Source of the DNA: Octopus sinensis
Taxonomy: Eukaryota
DNA: 64,000 nt
NCBI RefSeq assembly: GCF_006345805.1
Contig: NC_043001.1
Coordinates: forward strand, 50,158,001 to 50,222,000
Direction of reading: 5' to 3'
Each line of letters opens with the position of its first letter. The first letter of the stretch is position 1. Position numbers and translations under genes: made by a program. Below, piece after piece: positions 11,376-23,200 of the stretch. A model generated the notes under the pieces. That model did not search any database and was not told the origin of the DNA. It saw only the letters and a program-made list of their open reading frames with translations.

Positions 11376-12700
11376 AAACGATTTCTGTTCAATCTTCGTT
11401 CAGCTCCATTTCTTCAATTCACCAATAATATTTTAATTTCAATTATCCGCACCAACGCACGGTTGCAACACCATATGGTTGTACCTCCAACCGTGCTGTC
11501 TTCTGCTGTGATTTTTGCTACCAAGGTATCAGTTAAACTTTTGACTAATCTGCTACAAGATTATTCATCTTTCTATTTCACACATATATATATATATATA
11601 TATAGTTCCCTGTCGGTCGTATCCACCGTCTTCTCCGTAAGGGAAATTATGCCCAGTGTCGGTGCCGGAGCCCCAGTCTACTTGGCCGCCGTTCTTTATA
11701 TATAAAGTTTTATTCTATATTATCGCAGCGTACGTGCACCAATCCATTTATGTTTGTCATATCTCCACCATTGCACGACTTCTTTAACTTTAACTTTCTC
11801 TTTCCCATTCGCCATTGCTTCTTCCCCAAGTTATTTTGGCGCTTCTTTACCAAGTTATTTTGGCGCCTCTTCCTCTCATCCTCTTTAATTCTTTCTTTCT
11901 CTCTCTCTTGGTCATTGCTTCTGTTCTCGGCCCTCCTTAAACCCCTCTCTCTCTGTCTCTCTTTCTCTCTCAACTTCTTGCAACCTGCTGCTACTAAGCC
12001 ATTCCATTGGTAATCGCTTCCCACGCTTGCTGATCAATTGTTTTTGTCCCATTTTGTCTCAAAGTTTTTATTCGTTACTGTTTCCAATTTTATCTTCGTC
12101 TCTTGTTTTCCTATTCGTCTCTGTTGTCACATTCTTTCCTTCTACCAAGGAAATCTAATGCCCATAGCTTAGCTTTTCCTTGGGGCTGGCCGTTTTGGAC
12201 CAAATCTCAGAATTAAACAGCCGAAATTTGCCATGATGAATCGGTTTCTGACTGAAGAATGAAGGCTCTGAATGACTGTCTGTTTTCCGTGTTCGTCACT
12301 TCGTGTATTTCACGTTCTTTATATATAAAGTTTTATTTTATTATATATGTATGTATTTGTTTATGTGTATATGTTTGTACGTATATATACGTGTGTGTAT
12401 ATATGTGGTGCACGTGCATATGTATGTGTGCATTTTTATTGTTTGGTTATTACTACCGTAGGAAAATGTAATTTTTGACAAATTATCTCTCTAAAACGTC
12501 AAGTCAGATGTTCCTTCTGCTTATTCTCTGGTTTTTCTCTTCCTGTTTCACAATAAGAACAGAGGTAGAAAAAGCAGGAGCTATGCTGAGAGAGATGAAA
12601 GGAGAGAGAAAGAATGTACTATAAAGAAAGGGCTGGAATTGCTAAAATATATGCGTATATATGTATATATATATGTTATATATATATATACATACATATG

Positions 12701-13138
12701 CATATATGGGTACAGGACGTCACCAACAGTAAACAACATGAAATGCGAAAAAATATGAGTACAACGAGAGGAACAAATGGAAAACAGGACAAGTAACACA
12801 AAGAACAACCCTTCGTCAGTTGTTGGCTGTCTATCTACTCCTCATTTCGAGCATTGAACGACAATATGTCTCCGTCGTCCGGTTTTTGTTCCCAGCTTTA
12901 ACCCTCCATAAATCCTAAATTATATTTTGGTACTAACGGGAGCAAGTGTCTTCGAAGACTCATATTATCGTCGAATGCTCGAAATGTGGAGTAGATAAAC
13001 AGCTGACAACTGATGAAGGGTCGTTCTTTGTGTTACTTGTCCTGTTTTCCATTTGTTTCTCCCGTTGCTTGCGTATTGAACTCATTCGTTTTCGTATTTC
13101 ATGTTGTTTATTGTTGGTGACGTCTTGTACCCATATAT
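12701..13138. repeat. Imperfect inverted repeat, ~165-bp arms (12701-12866 / 12963-13138)
   Basis: gggtacaggacgtcaccaac..gagcattgaacgac pairs with gtcgaatgctc..gttggtgacgtcttgtaccc; flanked by microsatellites. Confidence 0.85.
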
Positions 13139-13146
13139 GTATATGC

Positions 13147-13177
<31 letters not shown>

Positions 13178-13844
13178 TGTATGTATGTATGTATGTATGT
13201 ATGTATGTATATGTATATGTATATGTATATGTCAGGTCACTTTCGAGTGCTACTGGTAACATGTAACCCAGTACAACCTGTTGCATGGTCGGGTCGTCGG
13301 CGACTAAACCGGCAACTCCACCAAGCTTACTTGGTGAGGAGGGTGTTTATTGGACACCCTGCAGGATGAAAAACAACCCGTCAAAGGGTGGAGGAACTCT
13401 TGAGAGTCAACGGCCATCCAAAAAATATCTTAATGCTGTATCATGCGCGGGGACATAGAAGTAATCGGACTGAATACCGGATCGCGCGGTTAAACCATTG
13501 GGAGTGAAGGACTTCTAGCCTTTGTTAGGGCATCCTTCTAGGAGAAGGTAGCTCAGATAACTGGGATAACTCCGACATAAAACTTGCGGCTCAGTGGTTA
13601 CCGATGATGTTGACTTGTTCTTCTTTTCGGATTATGGCTGCTGTTGCTTAGTGAGTGGGATTGACTCAGTGCACAGCCTTTCCTCACTTTAGAAAAAAAT
13701 AACTTCTTGCACAGGCATTGCACGATAACAACATTGATTAAGCTTCGATAACGAGGAGGCAGCCACCATATGTATATGTATATATATATATATTATTTAT
13801 ATTATTATTTGATTGAACGCTACGCATCCATTTCCAAGTGAGTT

Positions 13845-13879
<35 letters not shown>

Positions 13880-14312
13880 GGAAAAACACACATACACACG
13901 TACATACGTATGTGCGCCTACTGAATACATGTTTTTTGCACGCATACATGGTGTGTGTGTGTGTGTGTGTGTTACCCCTATATCAACAAAAAAATTTTTC
14001 CCCGTTGGAAAAAAAAACAATAAAAGTGTTTAAAACTTACTCGTCACTAGAAGAGGACTTCACTCTGGTGTGTAAACAATGGTGATTTCTCCGACTTGAA
14101 AATTGTTAAAAGTTTTGTTTGAAAATTCATTTTCACTGCTATTCGCTTCTGTCTCTGGGAAAAATAATTTGACGAAAATACAGCTAGGATCATGACGAAT
14201 GTCCTCCTAAAATTGGAGCGACATGCGTGCTAATTTGCGGACGTGCATAAAATACATTCCCGTACACACACACACACACACACACACACATACTGCCTTT
14301 TTATATATACAG

Positions 14313-14356
<44 letters not shown>

Positions 14357-14357
<1 letters not shown>

Positions 14358-14946
14358 ATTAACAGAATGAGATAAAAATCTAAGGCTGTGAAAGATTTCA
14401 GAACATTTATAAAGAGGTCTTACAGCTGTTTCCGGAATATTTTATATATATCCCTTCATCGGGACGGTGTGAGAAAACGGTTAAGCACTAGTTATTCTAG
14501 AGAAGAATGAAATAGAGAGTGAAGTGGAGGAATGAAAATAGACGTGAGATATGCAGGGATATTTTATCGGCAGTTCCATTATTTAAGCAGAATGGTATAC
14601 ATCTAAGTTTCCTGTACCTTGTGTGTAAATTCCAATAGTATTTATTTAAAAGCTATTAAATACTATTGGAACTTACACACAAGGTACAGGAAACTTAGAT
14701 GTATACCATTCTGCTTCAATAATGGAACTGCCGATAAAATATTCCTGCATATCTCACGTCTATTTTCATTCCTCCACTTCACTCTCTATTTCATTCTTCT
14801 CTAGAATAGGTATTGCTTAACCATTCTTTCACACCGTCTCCGATGAAGAGATATATAAAATATCCCGGAAACATCTGTAAGGCTTTCTCTTTATAAATGT
14901 TTTGAAATCTTTCACAGCCTTGGATTTTTATCTCATTCTGTTAATT
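14357..14946. mobile_element. Foldback with ~285-bp diverged arms and 20-bp spacer; degenerate hammerhead-like cores in both arms
   Basis: Arms 14357-14640 / 14661-14946. Right arm gtct-CCGATGA..GAAAcatctgTA-aggc (14836-14883); left arm reverse complement CCGATGA..GAAAcagctgTA (14417-14465). Confidence 0.75.
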
Positions 14947-15101
14947 TTTTTATATATACGCACGCTGATATATGACCGACGTTGGACTCTTCATTCGCAT
15001 AGTCACCGAACCTGAAGCTTAACTATAGTCTGTTCTCAGCACTTACTCTGCATTACCTGACACCTTTGGGTCTTCTTGACAACATTACCTCTCATAACCT
15101 A

Positions 15102-15156
<55 letters not shown>

Positions 15157-15163
<7 letters not shown>

Positions 15164-15529
15164 ATTAGGGCTTAGTAAAATAAATTACTTTGCCACATAC
15201 TGAACTTAGTAGAAATAGCAGCCAAAAAAATTTTTCTTAGCATTTCTACTACTTAAAGAAAATTTCTCTCAGATAATGTTTACTCCAGACAGCTCACGAA
15301 GGTTTGGGGGTAAATACGGAAAAATCACAAGTACATAGATCGATCTATGTACTTGTGATATTTTTCTGTATTTACCCCCAAACCTTCGTGAGCTGTCTGG
15401 AGTAAACATTATCCGAGAGAAATTTTCTTTAAGTAGTAGAAATGCTAAGAAAAATTTTTTTGGCTGCTATTTCTACTAAGTTCAGTATGTGGCAAAGTAA
15501 TTTATTTTACTAAGCCCTAATTATATAAT
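15157..15529. repeat. Spacer-less palindrome, ~185-bp arms (MITE-like)
   Basis: Centre catagatc|gatctatg at 15341/15342; only about 3 differences between arms; preceded by (TA)n. Confidence 0.95.
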
Positions 15530-15619
15530 GTAATATTTTGAATTCGCCTTAAATGGTCCTTTTACATACTGAACACTTGGTGAAATTGATTAATTAATTA
15601 ATTTTACCCTCAATTGTTG

Positions 15620-15658
<39 letters not shown>

Positions 15659-15953
15659 CACGAATAAGGGTATATTAGATAACATGCATGACAAATTGTT
15701 GATCTATTGAAACTATACACGCTAACAGAGAAGGTAAACCAATCGCTTTTCGGTAATTGAGAAGGGAAAATAATCTCAAGTATAAAGCATTCCACAAAAC
15801 TAACGTATTATTTGGAAAGGATATACAGGTACCCGTTTCTACAATGATGGGCGTCGTCAACACAGTAATTTTTCTATCTTATTTTCAGCAGACGAGATGC
15901 TTTAAACATTCGTAATTACATGTATACATACACAGACAGACACAGACACAGGA

Positions 15954-16003
<50 letters not shown>

Positions 16004-16055
16004 ACACACACACACACATAGACAGACAGATAGATAGATAGATAGATAGATAGAC

Positions 16056-16106
<51 letters not shown>

Positions 16107-17034
16107 AAGATAGGGGGAGAGAGAATGATGGGAGATAAAGTTAGAAAGGGGAGAAAAATAAAGGTGGGGAGAGAAAGAAAGAGAGAAAGTAAGAGACATA
16201 GACAGACAGAGAAATAATCAATAATCAGTCAGCAATCCAGAAACACTCACGCACATACACAAACATGCTTAAAGTTTAATAGAAAGACAACAAGCACACA
16301 CATGCGCATACATTCACACACATATACATACACATACATTCTTAAAGCTCAATGCATAGCATTTTATATAAATCTATGTGCATAATAGCGGCCTACAGTC
16401 TCTGTTATTATTTGTATGTAGTTGTGATCTGAAGGAGAAGCATTGTTATAGTGATGTTTGTGATCTATACATGATATAAATACATGATACGTATACTGCT
16501 CATTTTGCCAAGCTGTTATCGATCTTATTGCCCACATACGCATTCATGCTTCAAACCAACAAAGAGTACTACCACATCCCTCTCGAAATGTATCTGGAAG
16601 TTAAGAAATAACAGCCTACCCTTCAGTTAACTTACAAAGTCCTGAACAAAGCAAATTCATTTACTAGAAATAGAAGACTATGTAACCTTTGTATTACTGA
16701 AACTCGTTTTTGCTGAAATAGTTTTTGCCAAATATTAACTTCTTCACACAAACTCATAGAGAATAGCCACTTGCCTACTCGAAATTTCTAAATTATTCGA
16801 ATACTACCGAACAGCTATATACATAGATAAATAATCCTCCGTAAGCATAATCTTTCAAATATTCAAATATTACTATAAATATTACATTACCGCTATCTAC
16901 TCGATATTAGTAAATGCAAGTAAACTCTAGTTTAGATTCTTAATGATCGTAAATCTGAAATATAATATTACTTTCATCTTGGTTTATAATTTATAATATA
17001 TATATTAGACATTAATTATTTTACAATGAATGCG

Positions 17035-17750
17035 TATGGCTCAGTGGTTAGCATGTCGGGTTTATAATCATGAAGTATTGAGTTCGATTCTGAACCAGGC
17101 TGGGATCTTTTTGCTTTGACCGACAGATTTTTAAAATAATTTCTTTGTAACTAAACACTTTTAAATTTCGTATACTGGTAGAATGTGTTTATAAAACATC
17201 TTTTTCTCTTGGCTTTATTGAGAAAATTCTATAGTTTGTAAAATATTTGTTGCTTTTTGTCTTCAATTTCTGCAATTTCAACCAATCAATGATGTCTATT
17301 GAGGTGAAAACATTCTGTGCCGTATGAATATGTCTCTCGTTTAAGAAACAGATTGGGTTTATTTACATTTGTGAAGAAAAAATACCCTTCCCCCACCCTT
17401 AACCCTAACCCTAACCCTAAAACAGATTGAAATGCAATAGATCGATACTAGGGTCATAATTATGGGTGACAATTTCATATGACACCGCTAGTAAAAACTG
17501 CCGTTCAAACCGAAAAGATCCCTAGGCTGTATTGAGTAAGACACTTTATTGCTCCACTTCATTTAGCTGTCGAAATGAGTTGCGACGTCATTGAATCCAA
17601 GCTTATCAGCCTTTCCGTTGGATAACATCGGTGACGTGGAGAGGGGAGACTCGTATGCATGGGTGACTGCTGGTCTTCCATAAACAATCTTGCTCGGATT
17701 TGTGCCTCGAAATTGGACTTTCTGGGTGCATTCATGACCGAAGGGAGTCT
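17035..17750 (+). mobile_element. tRNA-derived SINE interrupted by a MITE
   Basis: Head gcgtatggctcagtggttag..gagttcgattc; body resumes after 17529 (tattgagtaagacacttta..). Confidence 0.65.
17103..17521. mobile_element. Non-autonomous DNA transposon with GGATC termini, 8-bp TSD and internal (CCCTAA)n (copy 1)
   Basis: ~30-bp TIRs GGATCTTTT..; flanks CCAGGCTG / CTAGGCTG (7/8 match). Confidence 0.85.
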
Positions 17751-18024
17751 TTACTCTATTTAGTTTATATTAGTCATGAATATACATGGTAACACCATAA
17801 TAGATAATTATGGTCCATTTTGAAATGCAACGGAAAATATCAATGTGGAAAGTCCAGTTGAGAGATACAGGCACCCCGCATTGCGTCTACCTTAGGGTAC
17901 GCGATTTCGCGTTTACGGAAATTATAAAGTGTAACCATTAATTTCGGGATACGGTCTGTAATTTCGCTTGCGGTTCAGTGAAGATCAAAGTATATAGTTA
18001 GCGATTTGAAAAACAATCATCACG

Positions 18025-18124
<100 letters not shown>

Positions 18125-18150
18125 TACACACACAAACACACACACACCAA

Positions 18151-18185
<35 letters not shown>

Positions 18186-18201
18186 ATGTCCATAATGTGA
18201 G

Positions 18202-18234
<33 letters not shown>

Positions 18235-18729
18235 GAATGTATGTATGTATGTATGTATGTATGTATGTATGTATGTATGTATGTATGTATGTATGTATGT
18301 ATGTATGTATGTATGTATGTGTGCGTGAGTGTTTCTATCAACACCAACACAACCACCGACAGCAACTGTAATATATAGTATGAAATAAATAAGCAAATCT
18401 ATTTTCAAATAAAAAGCATATAACGTGGTATCTTAGTGTATTTTAAAAGTTAAATGAAATGCCTTTGATATTAGGCCTTTGAAGATTGACTTAAAAGTAA
18501 ACACCTAGAATAATACTATTAGCAAGAACAATATGACCACTGCACCACCAACAACACCTACACACCGTCACAAACATCTATAGCAATGCAATCCACATCG
18601 TCACCTCTACCAACACATTAATTTATGAAGCCAATTGGCTACAACAGATATCAGCATGTACGCCAGCATGTGTGTGTACCTCTGTGTGTGTGTGTGTGTG
18701 TGTGTGATTGTTAGTCTAATAGGAAACTC

Positions 18730-19181
18730 GGATCTTTTCGGTTTGAACGGCAGTTTTTAACATAATTTCTAGGTAACTAAAACATTTTAACCTTCGTATA
18801 CTGGTAGAATGTGTTTATAAAACATCTTTTTCTCTTGGCTTTATTGAGAAAATTCTATAGTTTGTAAGATATTTGTTGTTTTTTTTCTTCAATTTCTGCA
18901 ATTTCAACCAATCAATGACGTCCATTGAGGTAAAAAAAAACATTCCGTGCCGTATGAATATGTCCCTCGTTTAAGAAACAGATTGGGTTTATTTACATTT
19001 CTGAAGAAAAAAAGATACCCTTCCCCCCACCCCTAACCCTAACCCTAACTAACCCTAACCCTAACTAACCCTAACCCTAAAAAAGATTGAAATGCAATAG
19101 ATCGATACTAGGGTCATAATTATGGGTGACAATTTCATATGACACCGCTAGAAAAAACTGCCGTTCAAACCGAAAAGATCC
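18730..19181. mobile_element. Same MITE family (copy 2)
   Basis: TIR GGATCTTTTCGGTTTGAACGGCAGTTTTT at both ends; perfect TSD GGAAACTC (18722-18729 / 19182-19189); CCCTAA-type array ~19031-19079. Confidence 0.92.
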
Positions 19182-20657
19182 GGAAACTCCTGGTGCAGTG
19201 AGAAACAGATAGAGTCACTGTGGGAGTTATTTAGCTAGATTTTTTTTTGTTATCCACTGTAAAAAGTATTCTTCCATGAGCGAGAAGAGGGGAAAATCTG
19301 AAGAGTTTGGTAGGGACTGAAGCTAAATCCGAATCCCACTACATGTATAATGGAAGAGATATCGTCAGAGCATCACTTTCTCTGGTTGGAGTGAGAAGAG
19401 ATTTTGTTGCTTAGCCAAAATCGACTTCGACTGAAAACATACCGAGCACGTAGATAGTCAACAATATGACTAGGTGGAATGAATTTACCTATTATTCTGG
19501 ATGTACAATGATTTAAATCCAGTGTCGATGAGGCCCTAAGCTATAAAAGTTTTAGAGCATCACTGAATTTAAGACTTCACCAGAAGGTCTCACAATAATT
19601 GAAAACATATAAGCCTTTTGATTATGTTGCGGTCCATGCGGATTATGAGTTCCCTAACATGTAGTGTGTTCAGTTAATGTCTAAATCAGGAAGTGCTTCT
19701 CCCTAACAAAGCATGACGAATCAATGCTACAAACCACACCCTACTGTCTTGTAATAGGAAGGAGGCATTAGGTAATGATCGGATATGTTTTCGCACTTGC
19801 TGGATGTATACGTGACAGTGAGCGGATGCAATAGAGGAGAGTTTGGAAGAAGCTTCGTGCATGTGTATGAAGATAGAGCTGGAAAAACGGGATAGCTAAT
19901 GCAATGGCTTTTACAAACAATATTGTTAAGATGATATATATATACGAGCAAAACGCCCGCCCGTCCAATGGATGGTGCTGAGTGACAAAGCGTGACATCA
20001 TCCTTGAATGGCAGGAAATGTTTTTCCTTTTGGCGGTGATGGTTACAGGATTGATATTACCCAGGTGTGATCCAGTGACTCTGCTGCCTGTCCTACCCTT
20101 CAAAAATATCTCGCAAATGGAGTTCTATATATTTCGACTGATGGTTCGCAAGGACGATGCTTATCTTTTGCACAAATGCATGTTCCCACGGTTTTATCGA
20201 TCGCACTGGGAGGGATATAATATCCAATCAGATACCGAATTTCTCTGTTAAATGCCAAGGCTGGTTCCTTCAGATGATGTGTTTTTGGTAAACTTCCTTT
20301 AACTCCCATCTAATATTGCAGTTTATTTCTTGGCTACTTAGAGTATAAAGTACAATATTGATAATAAGGAGGTCGACTTTACCTTTCATCCTTTCGGGGT
20401 CGATAAATTAAGTACCATTTGCGTACTGAGGTCGATCTAATTGACTGGCCTTCCTCCCCATCCTCCCCACCAAATTTTCGGGCCTTGTGCCTAGAGTAGG
20501 AAAGCATATTGATGATAAGGAGAATGAAGAATGGAAATAAACATTAAGTTTCAATGTTCAAATTCTTCATTCTCCTTATTATCAATATTGTATACATACA
20601 TATATACCTCTGAAATCTACAATCTTTTTTTCACTCTTTCTCTATTTTCTCTAATTC

Positions 20658-20693
20658 CTTTCTGTTGAAGAGCGTAGGCTCGAAACGTAAAAG
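20658..20693 (+). ncRNA. Hammerhead-like motif with mutated core
   Basis: cttt-CTGTTGA-a-gagc(gtag)gctc-GAAA-cg-TA-aaag; same layout as 9977-10011 but conserved A6 is T. Confidence 0.4.
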
Positions 20694-20781
20694 ACTTTTT
20701 CATTTTCCCCGAGCGTCAAACTAATACACTTGCTTGTTGTTCATACACCTGCCTTCGTCTTTTGTTTTTCTATAAATTTCA

Positions 20782-20875
<94 letters not shown>

Positions 20876-21238
20876 ATAGCCAAAATTCAACATTCGGATA
20901 AATAGAAAAAGGGAAGATCATGTAATTCCATGTAATTCCAGTAGATAACAATTCAATAATTATGTAGCATTGATTTGTCTCTAAGTAAATATGTTCAAGT
21001 ACAAGCATGGTACATCGATACTAGAAGGGAAAGGAAAAAATATCTGCAGCTATATTTATACATTGCTTTGAATGCAAAAATGTAACTTTGATTCTCCGAC
21101 ATCTACAATCTCTATTTTAGGACTGACAAATTTACAATTAATAATGTTTACTTCAAGTTACTGGTGGACACCTAATCAAATATTTGCTTGATAAATGAGA
21201 TATGATTTTGCTGCATCTCAAGAGCTTATTTAGCCGTG

Positions 21239-21281
<43 letters not shown>

Positions 21282-21364
21282 TTTATTAAAGCAGGAAAAA
21301 ATTTTACAAACTGTTACTCAGAGTTTCACGTGATCGTTTATCAAACAGTACTGACGCGCGCGAG

Positions 21365-22440
21365 AGAGATGAAAGCTACAAAATCTATAACAGACAAGTT
21401 CCTCTGTTGTAGTCCTGATCACAATGTCTGGTCGATTGGAGTCAATTTTCCTGTCTGTTTGTATTGGGAAGTTTCAAAGGATGGTGACGCCCTTGCCATT
21501 TACTACATCATCTGGATGGTGCCTGTACCACTTATCAAAGGATTTAATTTTGTAGTATTTTCAAGCATTCCAGTGAACTCCAGTCTGTCATGTCATATGA
21601 GGTACTCCTTTTCAGCGAGGATTGGGCAGCCAGAAACAACATGATCAAATGTCTCTGTGAATTTTCCGCAAATTCTGCACGAGGGGTCAGCTCAATCTTT
21701 AGGACGTTTGCATGGTAGTTTCTGGTAGGCAAGCTCTGATCTTGCGCTGCAATAACAAAACGTTCTGCTTCCCCTTTCAAACCTGTTCCTTGTAATCATT
21801 GGTGTGTTAGATTCTGGTCAATATCTGGCTTGGACAGGTGGTTAGGGTATTTTCCATGCAGGAGTTTGCCTTTCCAGTTGTCTTCGATATTATTCATGCA
21901 AGCCTTTTTTGCTTTTTGTTTGATGCTTTTTGCATCAGTGATATGTTTGTCACTATTTGGATCTCGTTGGTCTTCCTGATTGTCAATTTCTAAATCAGGA
22001 AAAGCAATGGTAGGTCTGTCAGTTTTCGGTGCCTTTGGTCATTCTTATTGTTAACTTGAAGGCCAAGAGACTTTTTAAATTTCTGACTAAGCTTCGTGAC
22101 TGAAGCTTGCTTGCAATCTTCATGCTTCAGAGTAGTTCGTAAGATCACATCACTTGTTGTATTGAGGTACGTTTCAAGGCCTATTATTGCTGATTTGAAG
22201 GCTTGTTTGAGTTGTATCAGACCTCTTCCAACTATTCTTGGGAGATAAATCCGGTCTAATCTGATTTTGGATGGTGTATTCGGTACCTTTTAAGGATTTT
22301 ATGGATCTTTCTATCTATATTCTGCATGTTAGTGAGATTTCACTTAATGACACCGAAGCTATATGTGGTTACTGGTATGGCCAAAGAATTGATTGCGTTA
22401 ATTCTGTTAGCAGCATTTAATTCTGAGTTTAGGACCATTC
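21365..22440 (-). mobile_element. R4/Dong-like non-LTR retrotransposon, 5'-truncated and decayed
   Basis: Frameshifted translation: ELNAANRINAINSLAIPV..HHPKSD..; LKGEAERFVIAAQDQSLPTRNY; CRICGKFTETFDHVVSGCPIL (CCHC); QTDRKIDSNRPDIVI (restriction-like endonuclease). Confidence 0.85.
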
Positions 22441-22466
22441 TTTATTATTATTATTATTATTATTAA

Positions 22467-22500
<34 letters not shown>

Positions 22501-22829
22501 TACAAAATTATCACTCGTCACCACTTCTCCAGTTAACGCAGAAAACGCGCATGTTTGTTTGTTTATGAAAATTTATATCTCTTAATTTATTCTTTATTCA
22601 TGGAGATTGTCTCCCCTTTCCTTGTGAGTCAGGAATGCTGTTAAGGTTTTGCTTTCATTTTCCTACTAAAGGAAAAATTTGAATCCAATTAAGATACTTT
22701 TTTCTCTTTTTGCATATGTCATTCCGAACAGCCATAGATAGTTGATTTATCCCAAACTGTGCCATTTGACTTGCTCGAGTTATTTTTTGGTACCCGCCCC
22801 CCGCCAAACATACAAAGTACCTATCTTGA

Positions 22830-23200
22830 ATTCGGTTTTCGTGCCTATTCTCATCTATGGGCGTGATTACTGAGTAATGACCGAAAGAGTGTGACCGCGG
22901 AAATGGGGATCTTCTGAAGGATCTATGGAATAATGTTACTAGACTGGGTGTGTAACTCGGAGATCAGAGTCTCTAGGTCGTGTCGCTATTTCTCCGCATT
23001 GAGAGGCCACGGCTCCAGCATTACAGATATATGATTAGAATGTCGCAGGAAAGAATCGCAAGACGGTAATTTCAAGCCGAGCCAACAGGCTAGAGACTTC
23101 GGAGTGGACCAAGAACGAGATGATTGGATAATATCCGTAGTCACAATTAGTTGCGCTTGGAAATCTGATAGGACCCTACAGAGGAGATACCTGAGGACTC
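22830..23200 (+). mobile_element. RTE-clade LINE 3' remnant
   Basis: Degenerate SVFVPILIYG..VMTERV..AEMG..RIYG..SEIR..LRIERPRLQHYRYMIRMSQERIARR..PTG..GPRTR*LD, typical of the RTE C-terminus. Confidence 0.7.

Larger units (their letters stand above)
10162..11435. mobile_element. Foldback element with ~493-bp arms (10162-10654 / 10940-11435); Penelope-like pseudo-LTR pair
   Basis: Arms differ at only about 7 positions by eye, mostly 1-nt indels. Each carries a hammerhead followed by aataaa-like sequence. (TA)n lies at the left flank. Confidence 0.8.

Noticed and set aside
12140-12290. Repeat shared with 62880-63030 containing CTGAAGA/CTGAGGA..GAAT
   Set aside because: The repeat is real, but as a hammerhead it has GAAT instead of GAAA and no convincing stem II.
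16494-16547. C2H2-like peptide YCSFCQAVIDLIAHIRIH on plus strand
   Set aside because: Only 8 residues between C and H instead of 12, a stop three codons upstream, a single finger and no splice support.
19930-20260. GNVFPFGGDG resembling a Helitron/PIF1 helicase motif
   Set aside because: Flanking helicase motifs could not be aligned and the frame has many stops.
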